This document shows positions 41,442 to 48,466 of a stretch of DNA of 62,752 nt, piece after piece (position 1 is the stretch's first letter; each line of letters starts with the position of its first letter). The notes below the pieces were generated by a model. It worked only from the letters and a program-made list of their open reading frames with translations, searched no databases and was not told where the DNA came from. The translations under genes and the position numbers were made by a program. The DNA is from Candidatus Nomurabacteria bacterium. Lineage in GTDB: Bacteria; Patescibacteriota; Minisyncoccia; Phycocordibacterales; UBA9973. The DNA lies in the NCBI GenBank assembly GCA_043758875.1, contig JAYVMR010000020.1, positions 1 through 62,752 on the forward strand. The letters are read 5' to 3'.

Positions 41442-42584
41442 ATGGGATTAAGTATCGGAATTGTCGGGTTGCCGAATGTAGGCAAGTCGACATTGTTTAA
41501 TGCATTAACGAAGAAAGGGGTTCCGGCTGAGAACTATCCTTTTTGCACGATTGATCCGTCGGTCGGTATTGTTGCGGTGCCGGATGAGCGCTTGCATATG
41601 CTGAGCGCGTTTTCAAAGTCGGCCAAGACCATTCCCGGCGCGATAGAGTTTGTCGACATTGCCGGCTTGGTGGAAGGCGCTTCGAAAGGCGAAGGGTTGG
41701 GCAATAAATTTTTGGCCAATATCAGAGAGACTGATGCTATTTTGGAAATGGTGCGATTGTTCCCGATAATAGGTGGAGGAAAGGAGATCGCCCATGTCTA
41801 CGGCACTGTCGATCCGCTACGCGATATTTCCGTCATCAATCTGGAATTGATATTGGCCGATTTTGAAACGGTGACCAAACGTCGCGGCAATCTAGCGCGT
41901 GACGTCAAGCGCGGCGACAAGATCGCCGTGGTAGAGGATGGCCTGCTGGCACAGATAGAAGCGGCATTGGAAGCGGGGCAGCTGGCCAATACTATCTCAT
42001 TCAATGAAGAGGAACAAAAGATCGTGAAGCAATTGAACTTGCTGACAACCAAGAAATTTTTATACGGACTCAACAAAAGAAGCGGCGCCAGTAACTTGGA
42101 TGAAAGTGATCCGGAAAAATTTAAGGAATTGACTGATATGATCGTGGAAAGTGGCGCGCAGTATGTGGTGCTCGATGCCAAGATTGAAGATGATCTCAAG
42201 GATTTTGAGGGCACTGAGCGTCAAGAAATGCGTGAAGCGCTTCTTGGCAGCGAGGTGTCACGAGCAGAGTCGAGGGATGTTGAGACGGACGGTATCAACC
42301 GGCTCATTTCAAAAGCTTATGAACTCCTTGGCCTGGAAACATTCTTCACCACCGGCGAAGACGAGACCCGCGCTTGGACGATCAAGAAGGGCAGTACCGC
42401 ACCTATTGCCGGCACCGCCATTCACACCGACTTCAAGGATAAATTTATCCGGGCCGAAGTGGTGTTCTGGAAAGATCTGCTTGATAATGGTTCGTATGCC
42501 ATTGCCCGCTCCAAAGGATTAGTAAGAACAGAAGGCAAGGAATACATCGTGAAGGACGGGGATGTCATAGAATTTAAAATATAG
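41442..42584 (+). CDS. ychF: Ribosome-binding ATPase YchF
   Basis: IGIVGLPNVGKSTLFNALT, DIAGLVEGASKGEGLGN, C-terminal TGS-like IRAEV...EGKEYIVKDGDVIEFK. Confidence 0.93.
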   Translation: MGLSIGIVGLPNVGKSTLFNALTKKGVPAENYPFCTIDPSVGIVAVPDERLHMLSAFSKSAKTIPGAIEFVDIAGLVEGASKGEGLGNKFLANIRETDAILEMVRLFPIIGGGKEIAHVYGTVDPLRDISVINLELILADFETVTKRRGNLARDVKRGDKIAVVEDGLLAQIEAALEAGQLANTISFNEEEQKIVKQLNLLTTKKFLYGLNKRSGASNLDESDPEKFKELTDMIVESGAQYVVLDAKIEDDLKDFEGTERQEMREALLGSEVSRAESRDVETDGINRLISKAYELLGLETFFTTGEDETRAWTIKKGSTAPIAGTAIHTDFKDKFIRAEVVFWKDLLDNGSYAIARSKGLVRTEGKEYIVKDGDVIEFKI

Positions 42585-42604
42585 TATATATTTTAAATTC
42601 TATG

Positions 42605-42626
42605 ACCCTGAGCGTAGTCGAAGGGT
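42605..42626 (-). repeat. Dispersed palindromic element, copy 4 (intergenic, inverted orientation)
   Basis: The reverse complement acccttcgactacgctcagggt matches copy 1 at 19 of 20 core positions. Confidence 0.7.
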
Positions 42627-42652
42627 GTGTCGGGTAAATTGAATTCAACAGT

Positions 42653-43243
42653 ATGGAACAAAATGTAGTAACTATTCTAAAATCAAACGGCATTGCCGTC
42701 GTCGCCACCGACACCTTGTATGGCATACTCGGTGCCGCATATAACGAAGCAGTGGTGCGACGTATCTATGAGCTGAAAGGACGAGATGAAAATAAACCGT
42801 TCATTATTCTTATTCCCACCATTGAAACCTTAACGCAATTCGGCATTGTACTTTCCGATAGTGAAAAAGAAAAAATGTCCCAATGGTGGCCCGCGCCACT
42901 GACGGTGATATTACCGATCCCAGAAGACAGACAAGAACAATTTTCATATTTGCATCGGGGCACCAATGAGATCGCGTTTCGCATGCCGGACAAGGGATCC
43001 CTCAGAGCATTGTTACAAGAAACCGGCCCACTGGTGGCACCGAGCGCCAATCCGCAAGGGCAAGCACCGGCGCAAACCATCGAAATGGCGAAAGAATATT
43101 TCGGCGACAATGTCGACTACTATGCCGATGAAGGGGAAGTGCAGGGCCAGCCATCGACCATCATTCGCCTGCATAATGGCGCTATTACCCTTATTCGACA
43201 AGGCGTATACAGCATTGACTTATTCATAATAATGTTGTTATAA
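42653..43243 (+). CDS. tsaC: L-threonylcarbamoyladenylate synthase (YrdC/TsaC type)
   Basis: VATDTLYGILGAAYNE...RIYELKGRDENKPFIILI...APSANPQG. Confidence 0.85.
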   Translation: MEQNVVTILKSNGIAVVATDTLYGILGAAYNEAVVRRIYELKGRDENKPFIILIPTIETLTQFGIVLSDSEKEKMSQWWPAPLTVILPIPEDRQEQFSYLHRGTNEIAFRMPDKGSLRALLQETGPLVAPSANPQGQAPAQTIEMAKEYFGDNVDYYADEGEVQGQPSTIIRLHNGAITLIRQGVYSIDLFIIMLL

Positions 43244-43283
43244 TTAAAAAAATAATCTTTTGTTACACCAAACTTAAAACTCA

Positions 43284-43604
43284 ATGGAAAAAGTAGCCTC
43301 TACTATCATTGCCCCCCGACTGATCAAGCAACAAATAGAATGCATTATTTCAATCATTAAAACTTTTAGTTTCCTTGATTGGCTTAGTCTGCTAAATTTT
43401 TTGACCATATTCGGATCTTTCTTTACAATGTATTTTGTATCAGAAACTATATTTACCGGAATGGTGAATATGGGTATCGTGCTTTCTGTACTACCTTACG
43501 CTCTTTCGTTGATAATCAAGAAAGAAAGAAATAGCTTTAAACTAGCCTCGCTAGTAGCAGGAATCCTCGCATGGGGGGCATGGTTTATCATCATTAGGGC
43601 ATAA
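43284..43604 (+). CDS. Small membrane protein (hypothetical)
   Basis: 106-aa ORF with three hydrophobic segments. Confidence 0.5.
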   Translation: MEKVASTIIAPRLIKQQIECIISIIKTFSFLDWLSLLNFLTIFGSFFTMYFVSETIFTGMVNMGIVLSVLPYALSLIIKKERNSFKLASLVAGILAWGAWFIIIRA

Positions 43605-43611
43605 CCTTAAT

Positions 43612-43645
43612 AACACCTGTTACTTACATATAAGTAACAGGTGTT
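43612..43645 (+). terminator. Terminator hairpin (15-bp stem)
   Basis: aacacctgttactta-cata-taagtaacaggtgtt followed by a T-rich tract. Confidence 0.75.
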
Positions 43646-43728
43646 TCTTTATTTCCTTTTTAACAATTCAATCTCTTGCACGTCGTCTTTTTGTACCGCA
43701 CTTTCATGGTAATAAGCAAACCACGCAT

Positions 43729-43757
43729 AAAAAAAACGGAAGCATTACTGCTTCCGT
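43729..43757 (-). terminator. Rho-independent terminator of the 491-aa ORF
   Basis: acggaagca-ttac-tgcttccgt; an A8 run on the plus strand gives a U-run on the minus transcript. Confidence 0.75.
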
Positions 43758-43769
43758 CCATACCTATTA

Positions 43770-45245
43770 CTAGGCGACCTGTTTTTCTCTAAATTCTTTA
43801 AGCCCCTGGGTCATAGGGTTGTTGGTATTTCTTATATCGAAACACCGTTGTAATCCAAAACCATAAAACGGACACCTTCCTTTTTCACACATGCCGGCAT
43901 TGCAGCCATTTTTAAAGCGTTGCGGAAAATAATTAAGTTCAAGTCCGATTTCCACTGCATCCATGACGTCTTGTACTGAAAGGTAGGTACCAATCAGTCC
44001 AGGAACGTTCGGGTCGGTTTTTGAGCCATTCGAAATAATACCGGTTACTTCTGCGAAGTGAATTTCCGGAACCTCATCGATGATTTCAGGCAGTTTTAAA
44101 TCTTTGAATTTAATTTCTCCCTGGTTTCGCTTATGAGCAACCATTTGACGGAGCACTCCTACCACTTCCTTCATGATCGATTTGTTCAGATAACTATTAG
44201 GCATCAGAACGAATTGGCCGTTACTTTTGTGTAAAAATAAAACACCAATTTTCTGCTTTGGATTGGAAGACCATCTTTTCTGAATGGCCTTAGCGGCTTT
44301 TGGTTTGTCATTCTGCGTTTCAAGCAGTATAAAACTGGCCGGCTCACTGGGAATGGTGATAGAAAGAGGAAGGATGGTTACTTGGGATTTGTTGTAGCTT
44401 TCCTCTAAATCAATAAATTGCTTAACGCTATTTATTCGTCTAAGGAAAAATTTGTATGCGTCACGCATCAAATCAAGCTTCTCGTCCATGTCGTCGCCAG
44501 CAGCTTCAAAGTCTTCTTTGAGGTTACGGGCGAATGATCCCATCTTCAAGGCTAGCATTGCCTCAGTTTTTTCTTTCGGCAATCGATAGTCGTGCGGATT
44601 GGTCCCATTTGCTTTGCACCGTTCTTTTATTCCCTCATTAAACAACTTAAGCATATCATCGCTATTGTTATCTTCGGTTTCGATGTAGGTTACCAGCGGG
44701 CCGTATATCTTGCGGTTATACTTATCAGCGAATAAGTTAAGTTTGCGCACCACAAGGGTAATGCAAGAGATTCTTTTTTCACGATCACGATGTTCATCAA
44801 AGAGTCCGCCGCCAGTGCCAAATAAAAGGCAGCCGCGCTGTAATGCTTTAAAGAATCCATCGTTTCCCAGGTATCCATTGGTACGGAGGTCAGTACCACT
44901 TATCATGGCTAATGTCGCATCTTCAATGCCAGGAAATAATACTCTTCCTTCGACAGTGTGTTGAACAAGGTAATTTGAACCGAGCTCATCTGGATGCGGA
45001 TCGTAATGATCCAAGAGGGTTGTAACTCCTGAAATCGGTTGGTTGTTGTACCAGGCCTGTTTTAGTTGGTAAATAGTCGCATTCTTACAATTCAAGGATT
45101 GGTTTTCAAGTTCCATTTTTATTGGTTTTATGTGATTGTCAATTCTGTCGCTTAGGCTGGACAGATTCAGCTTCTTTGTTTCTATTATAGCACTATTTAT
45201 ACTATAAGTCAATGGCAGGGGGATTTGCTCAAAAAGGGTGCCCAT
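43770..45245 (-). CDS. Hypothetical 491-aa protein (possible metal-dependent hydrolase motifs; Cys-rich C-terminus)
   Basis: Long clean ORF with its own terminator; DHYDPHPDE and GTGGGLFDEHRD faintly recall MYG1/DHH-type motifs; C-terminal CNAGMCEKGRCPFYGFGLQRC; start uncertain. Confidence 0.6.
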   Translation of the reverse strand: MGTLFEQIPLPLTYSINSAIIETKKLNLSSLSDRIDNHIKPIKMELENQSLNCKNATIYQLKQAWYNNQPISGVTTLLDHYDPHPDELGSNYLVQHTVEGRVLFPGIEDATLAMISGTDLRTNGYLGNDGFFKALQRGCLLFGTGGGLFDEHRDREKRISCITLVVRKLNLFADKYNRKIYGPLVTYIETEDNNSDDMLKLFNEGIKERCKANGTNPHDYRLPKEKTEAMLALKMGSFARNLKEDFEAAGDDMDEKLDLMRDAYKFFLRRINSVKQFIDLEESYNKSQVTILPLSITIPSEPASFILLETQNDKPKAAKAIQKRWSSNPKQKIGVLFLHKSNGQFVLMPNSYLNKSIMKEVVGVLRQMVAHKRNQGEIKFKDLKLPEIIDEVPEIHFAEVTGIISNGSKTDPNVPGLIGTYLSVQDVMDAVEIGLELNYFPQRFKNGCNAGMCEKGRCPFYGFGLQRCFDIRNTNNPMTQGLKEFREKQVA

Positions 45246-45253
45246 GCTATAGT
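45245..45253 (+). promoter_or_regulatory. Extended -10 (TGcTATAGT) 9 nt upstream of the rpmG ATG
   Basis: tgctatagt-tttgccact-ATG; abuts the divergent ORF start codon. Confidence 0.5.
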
Positions 45254-45262
45254 TTTGCCACT

Positions 45263-45421
45263 ATGGCGCAACAAAACCTCGTAAAATTGACCAATAAGGA
45301 AACCGGCGAAACATACTGGAGTAGCAAAAACAAGAAGAAGCTTGCCGGTATTAAGCTTGAATTCAAGAAATACAGCAAGAAGCTTCGCAAGGTCATCACC
45401 TTTAAGGAAAGTAAAAAATAA
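45263..45421 (+). CDS. rpmG: 50S ribosomal protein L33 (Cys-less form)
   Basis: MAQQNLVKLTNKETGETYWSSKNKKK...KLEFKKYSKKLRKVITFKESK matches the L33 pattern; no CxxC pairs. Confidence 0.85.
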   Translation: MAQQNLVKLTNKETGETYWSSKNKKKLAGIKLEFKKYSKKLRKVITFKESKK

Positions 45422-45422
45422 T

Positions 45423-45451
45423 AAAAAAAGTGGCTCTAGGCCGCTTTTTTT
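45423..45451 (+). terminator. Terminator after rpmG
   Basis: aaaaaaa-gtggc-tctag-gccgc-ttttttt. Confidence 0.65.
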
Positions 45452-45474
45452 GTTATAGTTTCGAAGTTATATAC

Positions 45475-45546
45475 GGGCTTATAGTTTCAATGGTAAAACA
45501 TCGGTCTCCAAAACCGCAGTTCCAGGTTCGAGTCCTGGTGGGCCCG
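45475..45546 (+). tRNA. tRNA-Trp (anticodon CCA)
   Basis: Cloverleaf folded by hand: acceptor GGGCTTA/TGGGCCC, T-arm CCAGG-TTCGAGT-CCTGG, anticodon loop CTCCAAA; one T:C mismatch at the top of the anticodon stem; no encoded CCA. Confidence 0.85.
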
Positions 45547-45555
45547 CAAATAAAA

Positions 45556-45578
45556 ATCCCGCCGATATTGGGCGGGAT
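45556..45578. terminator. Hairpin between tRNA-Trp and the convergent lipoprotein gene
   Basis: atcccgcc-gatattg-ggcgggat. Confidence 0.6.
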
Positions 45579-45597
45579 AAGGATGCAGTGTACGGCA

Positions 45598-45897
45598 TCA
45601 GTCAAAAGAAATGACACGGGCTTTTTTGATAGTGACTTCTCCCATGGCTGTTGCCAGGGTGGTGTCGGCGCGCGGGTACCTTCTTTTATTGGTTAATAGA
45701 AGATGCCAATGTTCTTCAGAAAATATTTTCATAATGTACACGACCGGCTCGGTCGGCAGCTGTTGGATCTTCACATCAACCGTATCGGTCAGGGCAGGGT
45801 CATTGGGATCATCATTGGCGATCTCTACCTTCATGGAACGATTGGCACAAGAAGCGAATAGCATCGCTCCCAGACATATGGTAATTATCTTTTTCAT
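45598..45897 (-). CDS. Putative lipoprotein (hypothetical)
   Basis: MKKIITICLGAMLFASC signal peptide with a lipobox-like FASC. Confidence 0.6.
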   Translation of the reverse strand: MKKIITICLGAMLFASCANRSMKVEIANDDPNDPALTDTVDVKIQQLPTEPVVYIMKIFSEEHWHLLLTNKRRYPRADTTLATAMGEVTIKKARVISFD

Positions 45898-46004
45898 TTA
45901 TTAGGGAATTATGTGAACTTTTTCTTTACCTTACTCGGCTTAACTTTTTTGTCAATACCGTCCATACTGGCCGATTAAAAAAAGACAAGGGAATCTTGGC
46001 CATG

Positions 46005-46175
46005 TTACATGTTGCGCGTTATTTTATACCCGATATATATGCCCGCCAGGCCACCCAATGCCGTTAACACAACTGACCACAATGACAACACGCTGTCGCC
46101 CCACAGTAAAGGGATCAAGCTACCAACGGTCGTCCCGATCAGCGTGGCCGTTAAAATGACTTGTTTGGTATTCAT
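46005..46175 (-). CDS. Unlisted 56-aa two-TM membrane protein
   Basis: Hand-translated: MNTKQVILTATLIGTTVGSLIPLLWGDSVLSLWSVVLTALGGLAGIYIGYKITRNM; begins 14 nt after the miaA stop on the same strand; below the ORF-track cutoff. Confidence 0.45.
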   Translation of the reverse strand: MNTKQVILTATLIGTTVGSLIPLLWGDSVLSLWSVVLTALGGLAGIYIGYKITRNM

Positions 46176-46189
46176 GGTTCTATTGTACC

Positions 46190-47014
46190 TTATTTATTTG
46201 CGTATTTCTTAAACCAGGTGCGTTGACGCTTGGCGTAGTGCCAGCTGGCGGTCTCGAGTTGGCTGAGCATGCTTGCCATCGACAATTTTTTTTGCAAATA
46301 CAATGCGATAAAACGATACTCCAATCCCAACGCTTCCAAACGGCTCCAGGTCACGCCTTCATGATGCAACCGTTGCACTTCCTTGACCATACCTTTCCGC
46401 ATGCGCTTCAGCAAGCGCTCATGGATGCGCTGTTTCAATACTTCATCGGGGAAATCAAGATATATCCACTGTACGTCGTATTGTGCAAATTTCTGAGTTT
46501 TGGGTACTTTGCCCAACGCGGTCGCGACTTCAATAGCTCGAATAAGCCGCACTTTATTTTTTGTATCGATATCCGCATATCGTTCCGCGTCCAAGGCTTG
46601 CAGTTGTATTTGCAATTCGTCCAGGGGTTTTTTCTCTAGTTTTTTTCTCAATGCCGGGTTGGCTTTGACGGCCGGCAGCTGCTGGTCGAATACCACCGCA
46701 TCAATATAAAAACCAGTGCCACCGACCATGATCGGTGTCTTACCTTTTTTTAATATTGTCTGGATAGCTTTGTCGGCCATTTTTTTGTAGCGCGCGACTG
46801 AAAAGACACGCTTGGCATTGGCGACATCGAGCAAGTGGTGGGGGATGCCACGCATTTCTTTTTTGGTAATCTTGCCGCTGCCAATATCCAAGCCTTTATA
46901 GACTTGGCGTGAGTCGGCGGAGATAACCTCACCGTTGATGTCCTTGGCGAGCGCTACCGCATAGTCCGATTTACCGGTTGCTGTAGGACCGCAGATAACG
47001 ATTAGTCTCTGCAT
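46190..47014 (-). CDS. miaA: tRNA dimethylallyltransferase
   Basis: LIVICGPTATGKS, ISADSRQVYKGLDIGSGKIT, IPHHLLD. Confidence 0.92.
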   Translation of the reverse strand: MQRLIVICGPTATGKSDYAVALAKDINGEVISADSRQVYKGLDIGSGKITKKEMRGIPHHLLDVANAKRVFSVARYKKMADKAIQTILKKGKTPIMVGGTGFYIDAVVFDQQLPAVKANPALRKKLEKKPLDELQIQLQALDAERYADIDTKNKVRLIRAIEVATALGKVPKTQKFAQYDVQWIYLDFPDEVLKQRIHERLLKRMRKGMVKEVQRLHHEGVTWSRLEALGLEYRFIALYLQKKLSMASMLSQLETASWHYAKRQRTWFKKYANK

Positions 47015-47020
47015 ACAGCG

Positions 47021-47029
47021 AGTTTAGCA
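47021..47029 (-). promoter_or_regulatory. Extended -10 (TGcTAAACT) ending 6 nt before the miaA ATG
   Basis: The minus strand reads tgctaaact-cgctgt-ATG. Confidence 0.5.
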
Positions 47030-47074
47030 CAGAGAGCCAGCCACAACTAAAACTAGTTGTGGCTATTGAATATT

Positions 47075-47127
47075 CGGCACAAACAAAAACACCTCTTATA
47101 AAAAGAGGCGTGTTTTTGTTTGTGCCG
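47075..47127 (-). terminator. 23-bp-stem hairpin overlapping the last 5 nt of tRNA-Leu
   Basis: cggcacaaacaaaaacacctctt / aagaggcgtgtttttgtttgtgccg with a one-base bulge. Confidence 0.6.
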
Positions 47128-47205
47128 AAGAGAGGACTCGAACCTCCACACCCTTGCGAGTAATCGATTTTGAGTCGATCGCGTCTACCATTCCGCCACA
47201 TCGGC
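47123..47205 (-). tRNA. tRNA-Leu (anticodon CAA), long variable arm
   Basis: The reverse complement reads GCCGATGTGGCGGAATGGTAGACGCGATCGACTCAAAATCGATT...GGTTCGAGTCC...CTTCGGCA; class II layout; T:T mismatch at acceptor pair 6:67. Confidence 0.85.
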
Positions 47206-47284
47206 ATAGGTCGCCATCTATCAGGAGATCAATGGCGACCTGGCCCTATCATTACATTTTTTCAACATTTTTTCAAATGCCAAA

Positions 47285-47290
47285 TATGAT
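47285..47290 (+). promoter_or_regulatory. -10 box (TATGAT) 5 nt upstream of the parB ATG
   Basis: tatgat-acact-ATG. Confidence 0.45.
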
Positions 47291-47295
47291 ACACT

Positions 47296-48324
47296 ATGGC
47301 CATGTCCAACCTGTATAGCAACTCCATCTTTTTTATCGAGGTCGAAAAAATCGTTCCCAACCCGTATCAGCCACGACGGGAATTCGAAGAAGGCCCGCTG
47401 AAAGACCTCTCCGACTCCATTCGCCAGTACGGTATCCTGCAACCGTTGACCGTTTCTCGTGTCGAGCGCGAGACTCCCGAAGGCGGGTTGATCACCGAGT
47501 ATGAATTGATCGCCGGCGAGCGTCGTTTGCGCGCTTCCAAGCTGGCCGGATTGCGCGAAGTGCCCGCTATCATCCGTATCGGCGACGACTCGATGATGAA
47601 ATTGGAACTGGCTATCATCGAAAACTTGCAGCGCGAGGACTTGAATGCCGTCGAACGCGCCCGCGCCTTTGCCCGCTTTGTCGATGAATTTAAATTCACT
47701 CACACTCAGATCGGACACAAAGTCGGCAAGAGCCGCGAATATGTTTCCAACACCGTGCGCTTGCTTTCATTGCCGCAGGAGATCCTCGACGCGCTTTCCG
47801 CCGGCAAGATTAACGAAGGACACACTCGTCCATTGCTGATGCTGGGCAGCCGCCCCGAAGAACAAGCCACTCTTTTTAAGGAGATTCAATTTCGCAAGAT
47901 CACCGTGCGTGAAGCGGAGCGTATCGCTCGTCGCATCGCCGTAGACAAGGTGCGCAAGAAAGAGTTGATCCCCAATGCCGAACTGATGCAGATCGAACAC
48001 CAGCTGCAAGAAAGCTTGGGCACACGCGTGCATATCGAACCGAAAGAAGCCGGTGGCAAGATTACTATCGACTATTTCTCCAATGAGGACCTGGATATCA
48101 TTTTGGCGGTATTGAGCAAGCAAAAGGATATCACTGCCGTCGCGGATACACTGGTGGCTGAAGCCAATGCTGTTATTCCGGCCGAGGAAGTAATTGTTGA
48201 AACGACCTATCCCGAAGAAGAAAAGGAAATCGTGCAGTCATTGGACGACCGCGATCCGCAGGAAGCCAAACAGAGTGAGGAAGAATTGGATGAACTGTAC
48301 AATCTCAAGAATTTCTCTTTGTAA
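47296..48324 (+). CDS. parB: ParB/Spo0J partition protein with acidic C-terminal extension
   Basis: IVPNPYQPRREF, GILQPLTV, LIAGERRLRASKLAG, HTH region TQIGHKVGKSREYVSNTVRLL. Confidence 0.9.
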   Translation: MAMSNLYSNSIFFIEVEKIVPNPYQPRREFEEGPLKDLSDSIRQYGILQPLTVSRVERETPEGGLITEYELIAGERRLRASKLAGLREVPAIIRIGDDSMMKLELAIIENLQREDLNAVERARAFARFVDEFKFTHTQIGHKVGKSREYVSNTVRLLSLPQEILDALSAGKINEGHTRPLLMLGSRPEEQATLFKEIQFRKITVREAERIARRIAVDKVRKKELIPNAELMQIEHQLQESLGTRVHIEPKEAGGKITIDYFSNEDLDIILAVLSKQKDITAVADTLVAEANAVIPAEEVIVETTYPEEEKEIVQSLDDRDPQEAKQSEEELDELYNLKNFSL

Positions 48325-48349
48325 AAATATTCTCTCTAAGAAATACTGA

Positions 48350-48457
48350 CGAAAAGAAAACATGCCTAACGGAGACTTGCGCAGCGTGACTGACGCGAGC
48401 ACAGCAATTTTTCAGCAGAAAAATATGCGTGTCTCTGGGAGGCATGTTTTCTTTTCG
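48350..48457. terminator. 108-nt extended hairpin between convergent parB and relA/spoT
   Basis: Perfect 18-bp outer stem cgaaaagaaaacatgcct/aggcatgttttcttttcg, plus inner gagac/gtctc pairing. Confidence 0.55.
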
Positions 48458-48466
48458 GAGGTATTA

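Noticed and set aside
46009-46212. The 67-aa plus-strand ORF from the track.
   Set aside because: It overlaps the miaA 3' end, has an odd composition, and the opposite strand encodes a much more convincing two-TM peptide.
47221-48324. A search for a parS site (tgtttcacgtgaaaca-like) or origin features near parB.
   Set aside because: I did not find a convincing 16-nt parS palindrome or DnaA-box cluster by eye. This is not a rigorous negative, but there is nothing to report.
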